Below are positions 1 through 11,075 of a stretch of 64,000 bases of DNA, piece after piece. The notes beneath the pieces were generated by a model. The model was not told the DNA's origin. It searched no databases and saw only the letters and a list, made by a program, of their open reading frames with translations. How positions within the stretch are numbered: the first letter of the stretch is position 1; each line of letters starts with the position of its first letter. The stretch is taken from the NCBI RefSeq assembly GCF_963921235.1, contig NC_086108.1:37450001-37514000 (forward strand). Direction: 5' to 3'. The translations under genes were made by a program, and so were the position numbers. The stretch is from Mobula hypostoma (lineage: Eukaryota).

Positions 1-2390
1 TCTTTAGCTACCTCTTTCAGAACCCTGGGGTGTAATCTATCGGGTCCAGGTAACTTATCTACCTGCCGACCTTTCAGATTCCAAAGCATCATCTCCCTAG
101 TAATAGCAACTGCAGTCATTTCTGTCCCCTGATACTCTTGACCTTCCAGGATACTGCTAGCATCTTCCACAGTAAAGACTGATGCAAAATACTTATTCAG
201 TTCGTATATCATTTCCTTATCCCTATTACAACCTCTCCAGCATCATTTTCCAGTGGTCCAATATCTACTCTTACTTCTCTTTTACTCTTTATATCTCTGA
301 AAAACTTTTTGGTATCCTCTTTGATATTATTGGCTCGCTTACCATCATATTTCATTGTTTTCCCCCCTTATGGTTTTTTCAGTTGCCTTGCATTTGTTTT
401 AAAATTTTCCCAATCTTCTAACTTCCCATTAATTTTTGCTCTTTTATATGCAATCTTTTTTGCTTTTATGTTGGCTTTGACTTCCCTTGTCCACTACAGT
501 TGTGTCATCCTACATTTAGAATACTTTTTTGGGATGTATCTATCCTGCTCCTTTCAAATTCCTCCCAGAAACTGAAGCCATTGCTGCTGTTCTGTCATCT
601 CTGCTAGTATCTGCTTCCAATCGATTTTGGCCAGTAACTCTCTCACACCTCTGTATTTCCATTTACTCCACTGTAATGCTGATGTATCTAACTTTAGTAT
701 CTCTCTCTCAAATTGCAGAGTGAATTCTCTCATAATATGATCACTGACTCCTAAGGGTTCCTTTACCTTAAGGTCCTTACACAAATTCTGTTCTTTACAC
801 AACAAGTGTAAAGAACAGTGTGCTCTAGTGTGCTCTACCACAAGTGTAGGCATTCTAAAATTCACTTTCTTGGGATCCAACACCAACCTGATTTCCCCAA
901 TCTGAATGCATATTAAAATTCCCCATGACTATTGTAACATCGCCTTTTTGACATGACTTTTCTATCTCGTGTTATAATTTGTAGCCCATATCCTGGCTAC
1001 TGTTCAGAGGCTTGTATATTACTCCCATCAGGGTCTTTAAAATTGTTGTAATTTCTTAACTCTACCATAAAGGATTCTACATCTCTCGATCCTAGACACC
1101 TCTTTCTAAGTACTTGATTTCATATTTTACTAATTGAGCCATGCCATCACCTCTGACGATGTCCCTGTTCTTTCAATACAATATGTATCCCAGGATGTTA
1201 AGCTCCCAACTATAATCTTCTTTCATCACAGATCAGTGATCCCCAATTGGTCATACCTGTCAATCTCTAACTGAGTTACAAAATCATCTACCCTATTGTA
1301 TACTCTGTGGATTCAAATATAATACCTTCGTCCCCATATCCATCAACCTTTTCAATTTTGTCCAACTTTTACACAGCAACTCATCCAACTGGCTGCAGTT
1401 TTTCCCTATCATCTGATTGTCCTTCCTGACAGCCTTACTACACACTGCCTCTGCTTGTAAACCAACAGCCCCATCACTCCATTTCCCATCCCCCTGCCAA
1501 ATTAGTTTAAACATTCCCCAATAGGTCTAGCACACCTGCCTGCAAGGGTAGAGGTCCCACGTTGTAACCCGTCCCTTTTGAACAGGTCATACCTTCCCCA
1601 AAAGAGATCCCAATGATCCAGAAATCTGAACTCCTGCCCCCTGCACCAGTTCCTCAGCCACGCATTCACCTGTGAAATCATTCTATTCTTAATCACACTG
1701 GCACGTGCCACAGGCAGCAATCCAGAGGCTGCTACCCTGAAGGTACTGCTTTTTAGCTTTCTACACAACTCCCTAAGTTCTCCCTTCAGAACCTCCTTGC
1801 TTTTCCTACCAATTTCATTGGTGACAGTACGCACCAAGACTTCTGGCTGCTCACCCTTTCCCTTTAGAATGTTGTGGAACCAATCTGAGACGTCCCTGAC
1901 CTTGGCACCTACAAAGCAATATACCATCCGGGTATCTCTATCACATCCATCGAATCTCGAGTCTACTCCTCTAACTATGGAATCCCTTATCACTACTGCA
2001 GTCCTCTTCTGCCCCCTTTCCCATCTCATCTACAGAGCTAGAGACCTAGTCACTGTGGCTCCCCCCAGTAAGTTCTCCTCAACAGTATCCAAAATGGTTT
2101 ACTTATTATTGAGGGGAACGGCCATAGGGGTACACTGCACAGGCTGCCATTTCTCTTTCCTCTCCACTCAATCACCATGCCTCCTAAGACTACCTCACTG
2201 TAGCTCCTATTTATCATCTTCTCACTTTCCCTTATGAGCCACAGAGCATTGATCTGCACCTCCAGTTTCTTGACACATTTTCTAAGGAGCTGCAGCTTGG
2301 TGCATCTGGTACAGATGTGATTATCCAGAAAGCTGGAGGGCTCCTAGAATTCCTACATCTCCACACAAAGACCACAACGCGGCCCATGGA
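1..2390 (-). mobile_element. CR1 LINE, 5' half (ORF1 plus ORF2 endonuclease/linker), decayed; continues beyond window start
   Basis: Minus strand gives a CxxC..CxxC zinc finger/coiled coil (about 2260-2380), SGNH-esterase ORF 1502..2029, APE remnants (554..886 EPLGVSDH) and PGPD..HPRVLKEVA at 1-60. Many stops and frameshifts. Confidence 0.9.
1502..2029 (-). pseudogene. CR1 ORF1p SGNH/GDSL esterase-like domain (degenerate)
   Basis: VVIRDSIVR (GDS block with G->R), CFVGAKVRDV, VNAWLRNWC..FRFLDHWDLFW..LFKRDGL; typical of CR1 ORF1 esterase. Confidence 0.85.
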
Positions 2391-2509
2391 ATCACTTCAC
2401 TGCTCTAACTATGCATTAACAGATAAAGTATGAAGAATGAAGTGTCTCCATGCTTCCAGCATCAACATAGCATGCCCACAACTTACTAAACATATTTCAT
2501 ACTTCCTTA

Positions 2510-2641
2510 GAACGTAGGAGGAAGCTGGAGTACTCAGAGGAAATCCATGCTGTTGTGGAAAGAATTGTAAAGCCCTTATGGCAGCAGCAAATTTGAAGCT
2601 AGGTTGTTAGTGCTGTAATAGCATTACACTACCTGTGACAC
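2510..2641 (-). mobile_element. V-type tRNA-derived SINE fragment, decayed
   Basis: Reverse complement aligns by eye to the SINE heads at 29692 and 40373 (gctattacagc ... tggatttcctctgagtactccagcttcc). Confidence 0.55.
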
Positions 2642-2977
2642 CCCATTCTCATTCCAAGTTGAGTTCCTTTCTCAGCAAAAAAATTCTACTGGTCTTTTGC
2701 ATTATTCCAGCTCTGAAGAATCCAGCCATAGAGAGTCCCTAAAACTATGGCCAGCAGGACAGCAGGAAAGTTCCTAAGGGTTGGGGTGGTGGGGAGGGAA
2801 TGATTAAATTGTGAAGGGAGTTAAATGTGGACAGGCTGCATTACACTACAAACAAATACAGGCCGTTTCCGATGTAAGCAACTCATCAACCTCATGCTGA
2901 CTGCTAATTTGTGGAAACATTGCTTCAAGTTACTTCTAACCACGATTCAGCAACTGCATGTGCCCAGTAATCCAGTA

Positions 2978-3585
2978 CAGTGGATTTCAGTTAACTGGGA
3001 CATGTCAGGACCACTACATTTTGACCCAATTAGATGGCTGTCCCAGTTAGCCACAGTTGCATGGCCATTGTTAAAAACAGCTAAAAGAAATCAAACTACT
3101 ATTTACCTGAGTACCAAATAATGTAGTTAAATGAAAAACAAAACAATTAGAACACTACCAAAACTACTACAGTACTCTAAAACTGTGTCTTAGTTCCTAA
3201 GAGTTATCAACGGAGGAATGAATCCAATGTCTACTGCCATGTTCTTTTGATTGACTGTAAATGAACAAAAGTAGTGCAGATACTGGATGGCCTTCAAACA
3301 ATGCTTTCGATGATTGCTTCCTCTATACCTTTATTTTCATTGTAACATTCAAGGTGATTGTGATACCTTCAAATTCGTCATGGTTCCTAAAGTGCCGAAG
3401 TTGTGAAATCATTTCAGTTTCACTCCCAGCTGTTTCTGGCATCTTCAAGCCTGAATGCTTGAAACCACAATCAGCAAAACAGTTCTGAATTGCCTTACTG
3501 CTTATTTCTTGCCAGTTATAAGTGACAGAAAACAATGTTTTGTTTTATAAATACAAATGCATACAAGTGACACTATTTAAAATCT
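2978..3585 (-). mobile_element. Tigger/pogo-type DNA transposon remnant, left segment
   Basis: TA|CAGTGGATT terminus at 2976-2986. ORF 3323..3535 NWQEISSKAIQNCFADCGF matches the W..V...TI.NCF..xGF motif at the end of pogo/Tigger DDE domains. Confidence 0.7.
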
Positions 3586-5283
3586 GAGTCTCTGTGGGTG
3601 GAAGTTAGAAACAGGAAGGGGTCAATAACTCTACTGGGTGTTTTTTATAGTAACAGGGACATCGAGGAGCAGATAGGGAGACAGATTATGGAATGGTGCA
3701 ATAATAACAGGGTTGCCATGATGGGAGATTTTAATTTCCACTATATTAGAGAAACATAAAAAAACCTACAGCACAATACAGGCTCTTCGGCCCACAAAGT
3801 TGTGCCAAACATGTCCATACCTTAGAAATTACCTAGGGTTACCCATAGCTCTCTATTTTTCTGAGCTCCATGTACCTGTCCAGGAGTCTCTTAAAAGTCT
3901 CTTAATATTGATTGGCATCTCCTTAAAGCAAGGGGTTTAGATGGGGTGGAGTTTGTTAGGTGTGTTCAGGAAGGTTTTCTGACACAATATTTAGATAAGC
4001 CTACAAGAGTAGAGGCTGTACTTGATCTGGTATCGGGAAATGAACCTAGTCAGGTGTCAGGTCTCTCAGTGGGAGAGCATTTTGGAGATAGAGATAACAA
4101 TTCTATCTCCTTTACCATAGCATTGGAGAGCATTACCCCATGCAAGGCTTATTGAGAAAGTAAGGAGGCATGGAATCCAATGGGACATTGCTTTGTGGAT
4201 CCAGAATTGACTTGACCACAGAAGGCAAAGAGTGGTTGTAGACGGGACATATTCTGCATGGAGGTCGGTGACCAGTGGTGTGCTTCAGGAACCTGTTCTG
4301 GAACCCCTTCTTTTCATGATTGTTATAAATGACCTGGATGAGGAAGTGAAGGGATAGGTTAGCAAATTTGCTGATGACACAAAGGTTGGGGTGTTGTGGA
4401 TAGTGTGGAGGGCTGTCGGAGGTTGCAGCAGGACATCGATAGGATGAAAAACTGGGCTGAGAAGTGGCAGATGAAGTTCAACCCAGATAAGTGTGAAGTG
4501 TTTCATTTTGGTAGGTCAAATATGATGGCAGAATATAGCATTAGTGGTAACACTCTTGGCAGTGTGGAAGATCAGAGGGACCTTGGGGTCCAAGTCCATA
4601 GGACACTCAAAGCTGCTGTGCAGGTTGACTCTGTGGTTTAGAAGGCATACGGTGTATTGGCTTTCATCAACTGTAGGATTGCGTTCAAGAGCCAAGAGGT
4701 AATGTTACAGCTATATAGGACCCTGGTCAGACCCCACTTGGAGTACTGTGTTCAGTTCTGGTTACCTCACTACAGGAAGGATGTGGAAACTATAGAAAGG
4801 GTGCAGTGGAGATCTACAAGGATGTTGCCTGGATTGGGGAGCATGCTTTATGAGAATAGGTTGAGCGAACTTGGCCTCTTCTCCTTGGAGCGTCGGAGGA
4901 TGAGAGGTGACCTGATAGAGGTGTATAAAATGATGAGAGGCATTGATCATGTGGATAGTCACAGGCTTTTTCCCAGGGCTAAAATGGCTAACACAAGAGG
5001 GCACAGTTTTAAGATGCTTGGAAGTAGGTACAGAAGAGATGTCAGGGCTAAGTTTTTTTTATGCAGAGAGTGGTGAGTACATGGAATGGGCTGCCAGTGA
5101 CTGTGGCGGAGGCGGAGACAATAGGGTCTTTTAAGAGACTCCTGGTACACGGAGCTTAGAAAAATAGAGGGCTATGGGTAATCCTTGGTAATTTCTAAAG
5201 TAAGTACATGTTCGGCACAGTATTGTGGGCTGAAGGGCTTGAATTGTGCTGTAGGTTTTCTAGTTCTATATTTCTATGTTTCT
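3586..5283 (+). mobile_element. CR1 LINE ORF2 remnant (APE part joined directly to RT/3' end), inserted in the Tigger remnant
   Basis: MGDFN, PTR..AVLDLV and GEHFGD.D.NSISF, then a jump at about 4128 to RT (GVLQEPVL, KFADDTK, LVRPHLEYCVQFW), with a ttctatgtt-type tail at about 5260-5283. Confidence 0.9.
3748..3898 (-). mobile_element. Short CR1 3'-end inserted antisense into the CR1 endonuclease region
   Basis: Reverse complement of 5127-5283 with scattered mismatches. It splits the MGDFNF|NIDWH coding stretch. Confidence 0.85.
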
Positions 5284-5465
5284 AAGCATGGTGTAGTGTC
5301 TAAAGGCCACATGGCATGCATGTGACTGACATGAGGTAGAAACTGTTCAGCAACAGGCTCTTGTCCCAGATAAGTGGCATAGTCTACAAAATAAATGAAG
5401 GAAATCCTGGCTAATTTCTTGCTTTGATTTTTGTTGTTTTAGAGTTGTCCCAAATAAGAAGCTGA
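5281..5465 (-). mobile_element. Tigger/pogo remnant, probable right segment
   Basis: Repeats the TGTCCCA(G/A)ATAAG subterminal motif seen near 3039 (ctgtcccagttagc) and resumes after the CR1 tail. Confidence 0.5.
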
Positions 5466-6109
5466 ACCACCACTTTATAAGTATGATGGACAGTGGCGGA
5501 AGCAAAAAAGAAGTTGATGGTTAGGTATGCCAATTTGTTTTCAATAAGCATTAGCATCCTGTTCAGTACATAGTCCTAATTTGCAGAAAAAAAAGGTAAT
5601 GGACTGAAAGAGCAGATGGGACCACAGCAGGCATCCAATCTATTTGCATAAAGAAATGAAAACCATATTTTCAGCTAAGCCTAGGTCCCTGAAGAGAAAG
5701 TCAGTAAAGTTTGATATAAAATTGTGAACACAGCTCCAGTGGAGGCTTTGCCAATATTTTTTGGGTTTCTTATTGGATTTCAGGAAATTGAGAGAGCTAC
5801 TGCTAATTGTAGCTGTGATTTGGACTCTAAACGAAAAAACATTGTCAATGATTTCTCTATATATTTTTTGCTATATTAGCATCAATTCATGAATATTTCA
5901 AGGTGAATTTGTTAAACATTGAGTGGTTTGCAGGCAAAACTGGGCCTGCACTGCCAGTTACTATAGAAGGTTGATGTAGTCATTCACTATATTGTATGTG
6001 GGAATAGGTTGCAGGCTTTGTGGTCTGAAAAACATTGCCCATTTCATTTCCAAAGTCGCAACTATCCATATTTTGCCACAGCTGTGCATGGAAGATTGAA
6101 ACTTGATCT

Positions 6110-6420
6110 AACCAAGGTATAGAGAATGACATAAAAGTTTATGGCAAGCTAAAATTAGAGCTCAAAAGATAAAGAACAAAATTAGGAGGCAGTTCTTCAA
6201 CACAATTGCACGTAGAAATACAGGAAGCTCTCCTACTGAAGGCAATGAATGATGTAACAATGAAAATATGAAGATTTAATTTGATGAGATTTTTGCCGGG
6301 CAATACCCAGGGATATTAAACAAAGGTAGGTTAATGTATTTAAAGTCCGGAGCAGTCATTATTTAATTAGAATACCATGAAAGTTCTATGGGCTGGATAG
6401 TCCATTTCTGTTCCTAACCT
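6110..6420 (+). mobile_element. Old CR1 3' end
   Basis: Degenerate similarity to CR1 3' ends at 22980-23245 and 51020-51255 (gatagattt..gggata..gggctg..tcc.tttctgttccta). Confidence 0.5.
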
Positions 6421-7232
6421 TTGTAATGGACCTGTCAATAAAAATCAGCCCATTAGTTGCTTGAAAGTAGCAATAAGATCTCAATTACAGAGCTATCTCG
6501 AGTGGCCAACTGACAAGCTAAATGCGGCACATTCTGTAATGGACTTTTTCTTAGAAATGTAGCTGATGGCTGTGATTTTGAATAGCCATCAAACCTCACC
6601 TTTATCACTGAATAATTCAAATAGCAACTTCTGAAACTCATTTTGAATGATTGAGTGCAAAAGCTGAGAAGATCCTAAGATGGTTTGGCTCTATACAAGC
6701 TCACATCCCTCAGCTATAAACCTGACATTAAAGTCCATGTAAGACAATGATGTCTCTGTACTTTTCAACTAGTTATCAGTAAACATTCTAGAGAAATGAA
6801 AGTCTGCAGTGAAAAATAAGTAAACGCTAATGATGTAAAAAGTGAAAAATACTATTGAAGGATCTCTTGTGCTGAAAATTCAAATTTACAGTTATGGGAG
6901 TTCAAGAAGAATTTGAATGATTTGCTTTTTTTCTTTTTTCTTTCCTGTCATTCTTAATCACACAATGCCATTTTTCTTCTGCTTCTTTTGTTCTCTATAC
7001 AATGAATTAGACTTTGATTACACGTCTTAGACTACATGTCTTAGTGAGGTCATTCAACCTAAATGGTTAAAAGTTATTGTTTGCTGCTTGATGTGCTCAC
7101 ACATTCCACAGATCCCTTGTGGACAATAGGTCAATTTAGATTTTGTTGTTGGTCTGTGGTCAGCTGACTATTTGAAGTGTTAACTGGAACTGGCAGGGTT
7201 ATAATGCCCCTAGAAAAAAAGATCTCTAACCT

Positions 7233-7800
7233 TAAACACAAGAGGTTCTGCAGATGCTGGAAATCTAAAGCAACACACACAAAATGCTGGAAGAGCACAG
7301 CAGGTCAGGCAGCATCTATGAAAATGAATAAACAGTCACCATTTCGGGCCAAGACACTTCATCAGGACTGGAAAGGAAGGGGGAAGATGCCAGAATAAAA
7401 TGGTGGGGGTGGGGGGAAGGAAGACAAGCTGGAAGGTAATAGTTGAAGCCAGGTGGGTGGGATAGGTAAGTGGCTGGAGAAAAAGGAATCTGATAGGAGA
7501 GGAAGGTGAGACCATGGAGAAAGGGAAGAAAGAGGGTCACAGGGGAAAGGAGAGAGGCAGTTGAGGAGAAGAGGTAAGAGGCCAGAGTGGGGAATAGGAA
7601 AAGAGGGAAGGGGGAGGGGAAAAATAAAAATAAAAAAAATTACTGGAAGGTGAAATTGATATTCATGCCATCAGGTTGGTGGCCACCTAGGCAGAACACA
7701 ATGTGTTGCTCCTCTACATTGAGAGTTGTCTCATCATGGCCAAACAGGAGGCCAGGGACCGACAGGTCGTAACAGGAATTAAAATGGTTGGCACCCGGAA
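7233..7800 (-). mobile_element. Penelope-like element 3' fragment (end of GIY-YIG plus pLTR)
   Basis: Homologous to 15728-16270. Minus strand encodes HDETTLNVEEQHIVFCLGGHQPDGMNINF, followed by a purine-rich tract and a pLTR tip with a degenerate hammerhead at 7333-7370. Confidence 0.85.
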
Positions 7801-9271
7801 CCTAACTCTAACCTTGTCCATCAAGTATGAATTGATTGATGAGAAGCTATTTGTTACCCACATTCAAAAAAGGTTAATGAAATCAGTGATATACTTACAC
7901 TACATCATTTAGTTCCAGTCTTGTATCCGGTGAGGGATTGATGAGAATATATGACAGAGTGTTCTGGTGATCATTCATTTCATCTAAGGAAGAACGTGAG
8001 GAAATTTTCAGTTGTACAAGCTGCAACTTTACGGAAACAAACATTGCAACCCCACTGAGTAGTGACTGCTATCCGTCAGGATAACATGGTGTCAACTGCT
8101 TCATTTCCACATTCTCTTCTAGACCCGAAGCATACCTATCAATCCCCATTATAAAAGGATTTCACAATATCATTGTGAAAATCAAAATTCAAATGATAGG
8201 TTAACATTTACAAAATTTGCCAACATTTCCTATATTGTACGTAAAATAAACAATGTTACCAGAATTTAGGAGTAGCTTGGAGAGTATTGTAAAGATCAGG
8301 AGCATCTTTGGAGATAGAAATAGAGTCATTGTTTCAAATGTTAACTCTGATTCTTTCTCCACATATGCAGCCTTATCAGGATTTTCATTTTCTTTTCAGA
8401 TTTCACAATATTCAATTTTTAGCTTTTCAATTTGAGTACTGGAAATGCTGAAAAAAAAGTTCATGTAATTGTGCAATGGAAGAAATATGAATTAACTTTG
8501 GGCAAAGTATTACACTAAAGACATTCTTTACACGAGAAAGGCGTATTACTTCTAATGTTCTGTGTCAAAGGATTTAGTGGAAGCCAAAGTTTCATGGAAA
8601 TAGTTAAAAAGGAGCTCATTCCCCATCCATAGTCTTTTACAGAACTAGTCAACAGACATCCTTCATAGAAATCTTGACATGTATTTTCATAAGGCCTCAG
8701 ACCACTGAATTAATTATTTTATCTCCATAATACCATGCACATTTGCACCTTCCAGGGATATGCAAAGAGTGAGCGTAGGTGTGTTCCTGGCAGAGTCACC
8801 TACTTACCAATGAGTGACGTACCATGGACTGTTTCCTCCTCACGCTACTGATTAGCACATACTAATTATCAGACACTTTCCATTCTCAGCTCTTGTGCTC
8901 CAGTCAGGACAAGTACAATCATTTCAAGGATCCAGGAACCATAGGTTAATTAACTAAACTAAATACTCAGCTAATTATACAGTAGAAATACAGCTCTTTA
9001 TTCCCAGTCTTTCATGGAGTCTGTCAGCGGTTGAATTCACATTAAAAGTTTATTTTTTCAGCATTATTCTGCAGTCTTGTGAGCAATCATTTAATTGCAA
9101 AACTGTATCTGGAGAAAAGTGAATTCTGTGTTGTAGATCTGGACATATATTTCCCCGCAGTAAGCTAATTTTTATAAAGAAGGTTGGAATTGAAGGTTTA
9201 TATAGAAGACAGATTAAAGAGCTAAGTAAAATGTAATACTGTAAGTTGCCACAACTACCACAGTATTAAAT

Positions 9272-9576
9272 TAAAGGCATCCGTTAGTCTTGCGAGACCA
9301 TGGATCTACGCCTGGAAAGTCTTCACTCTCCAGGGCGCAGGCCTGGGTGAGGTTGCATGGAAGACCAGCAGTTGCCCATGCTGCAAGTCTCCCCTCTTCA
9401 CGACACCAATGTTGTCCAAGGGAAGGGCATTAGGACCCATACAGCTTGGCACCGGTGTCATCGCAGAGCAATGTGTGATTAAGCGCCTTGCTCAAAGACA
9501 CAACACGTTGCCTCGGCTGGGACTCGAACTCACGACCTTCAGGTCTCCAGTCCAATGCCTTAACCACTTGGCCACG
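9272..9576 (-). mobile_element. tRNA-derived SINE (young-looking, CORE-like central block)
   Basis: Minus strand has A box TGGCCAAGTGG and B box GTTCGAGTCCC at tRNA spacing, then GTGTCTTTGAGCAAGGCGCTTAA (CORE-like) and an unrelated 3' tail. No tRNA acceptor stem or CCA. Confidence 0.85.
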
Positions 9577-10094
9577 GTATATGCCATACATAAAAGAAGT
9601 CTGTGGTATTCCAACCCGTCAACAACAAGGTTGTCATAACCTTTCCATAGGTTTTTCCTACCTTCTGGCACCATTTAAAAGAGAGTACTCAAATCCTACT
9701 TAATACATTCCTAACACCCTCTGCAGCATAGCTCAGGCAACCACCTGGAGCTGTGCGAAGCTGCTGTCGAATCAAAGCCACCATGCTGTAGCTGTCTGGC
9801 AGTTAATATATGTGAGCTGTCTAACTGCGCCCATCATGCAAGCAGCATCTGCTATGTGTCACTAGAAGCTTTGTTGCTCCAGTAAGACTTGAACATCCCT
9901 TGGGAAGAATTACCTTTGGCATTCAGTTTAAAGTTGGTAGCACAGACTGATGTTGTTAGAGCAATGCAGCCAAATAGAAATGAGATTATCCAGCAATCTC
10001 AAGATTTAATTCTATCCAGAAGTCTAGTGTACATATTGTAAACATGTTTTAAATTACAAGAATACACTACAATACATTTTAAAACACTGCAATG

Positions 10095-10333
10095 TATGGA
10101 ACAAATTGCCCCTCTGCCCTGCTCAATCAATCAGTAAAATCGTAGATGATCCACACTTGGCCTTATAACAAATCCTATGATTTCCTTTTCAAGTGTCATT
10201 CAACCTTGTCTTTATAATTCCCCAGAGTATAAAATTTCATAGAGGTACAACACTGTAGGAGAAAAATAAATCCTTCTTGTCTCCATCTTAAATAAACAAC
10301 CCTTTATTCTAATACTCTGACCCCCTAGTTCTA
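10095..10333 (-). mobile_element. Old CR1 3' end
   Basis: Degenerate match to 20380-20670 (tcttaaat..cccttattct..ctgaccccctagttct). Confidence 0.55.
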
Positions 10334-10399
10334 CAAATATTCAAGGATGTGAAAGGGAATTGACAGGTTTGTACATAGTGTGGGTAAAGGGAACTTGTG

Positions 10400-11075
10400 G
10401 AAATCATGCTGGATACTCTCAGCCTGTCAAGCAGTATCTCTGGAAAGAAGAACTGACTTGTTTTTCAACTCAATGTCTATTGAGAGGTCTTTTAAAGTTG
10501 ATTTATACTTCTGCATCAAATCGACGCCGTAGGTATGGCGTAGCTGCGAACGCTACGCAGAGCCTAAGCGGATCCCTACGCCATAGCCTGACGCGCACCT
10601 CTCCCAAAATGTAACTATGCATCGCAGCAACGCAGACTGCAACAACTGTGATTGGTCCGCTTGGTAGCATTGCATTTCCTCCTACGCTGCAATAGCTTCC
10701 CATTGGGTGAATGAAGGGCAGGGAAGGAACTCTGGCTGCAATGCTTTCCATAAAGCTTTACAGACCTCCGAAATTATGGAGGACACATTTCACTTTTACG
10801 AAAAAAAGACGCTTGCTTTAAACTTGTTTACCCTGAGAAAGACTACCATGACCATGAAGCCTTGCACGGGCAGGTGTGTGCACATGCACGATGTGCCCGA
10901 ATTGCAGAGCGATGCAGACAGACCAACGCACAAGTATAAGTGCGCACAACGCGCGTTGGTTACTTGCGTAGGTTACGGCGTCCATTTGACACACAAGTAT
11001 AAATCAGCCTTAAGATGAAACATTAAGTCTGTTTCTTTTCCACAGATGCTGTCTGTTTTGGTGAAACTTCGGGAT
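10400..11075. repeat. Fold-back element of two inverted Penelope pLTR tips, interrupted by a MITE
   Basis: 10407-10460 (tgctggatactctcagc..gcagtatctctggaaagaag) is a minus pLTR tip. 11014-11075 (gaaacattaagtctgtttcttttccacagatgctgtctg) is a plus pLTR tip. Confidence 0.6.
10496..11009. mobile_element. Non-autonomous DNA transposon (MITE) with about 37-bp TIRs, flanked by TTAA on both sides
   Basis: Left end agttgatttatacttctgcatcaaatcgacgccgta vs reverse complement of right end ggctgatttatacttgtgtgtcaaatggacgccgta. TTAA at 10492-10495 and 11010-11013. CpG-rich. Confidence 0.9.

Noticed and set aside
2778..2798. Isolated G-quadruplex motif (also G-runs at 32405-32441)
   Set aside because: Common low-complexity motif with no supporting context.
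8803..8847. Minus-strand donor (TTG|GTAAGT) with a short open peptide SVRRKQSMVRHSL
   Set aside because: No convincing polypyrimidine acceptor upstream, and the peptide is not recognised.
9505..9576. tRNA gene
   Set aside because: A and B boxes are present, but there is no acceptor stem and it continues into a SINE body.
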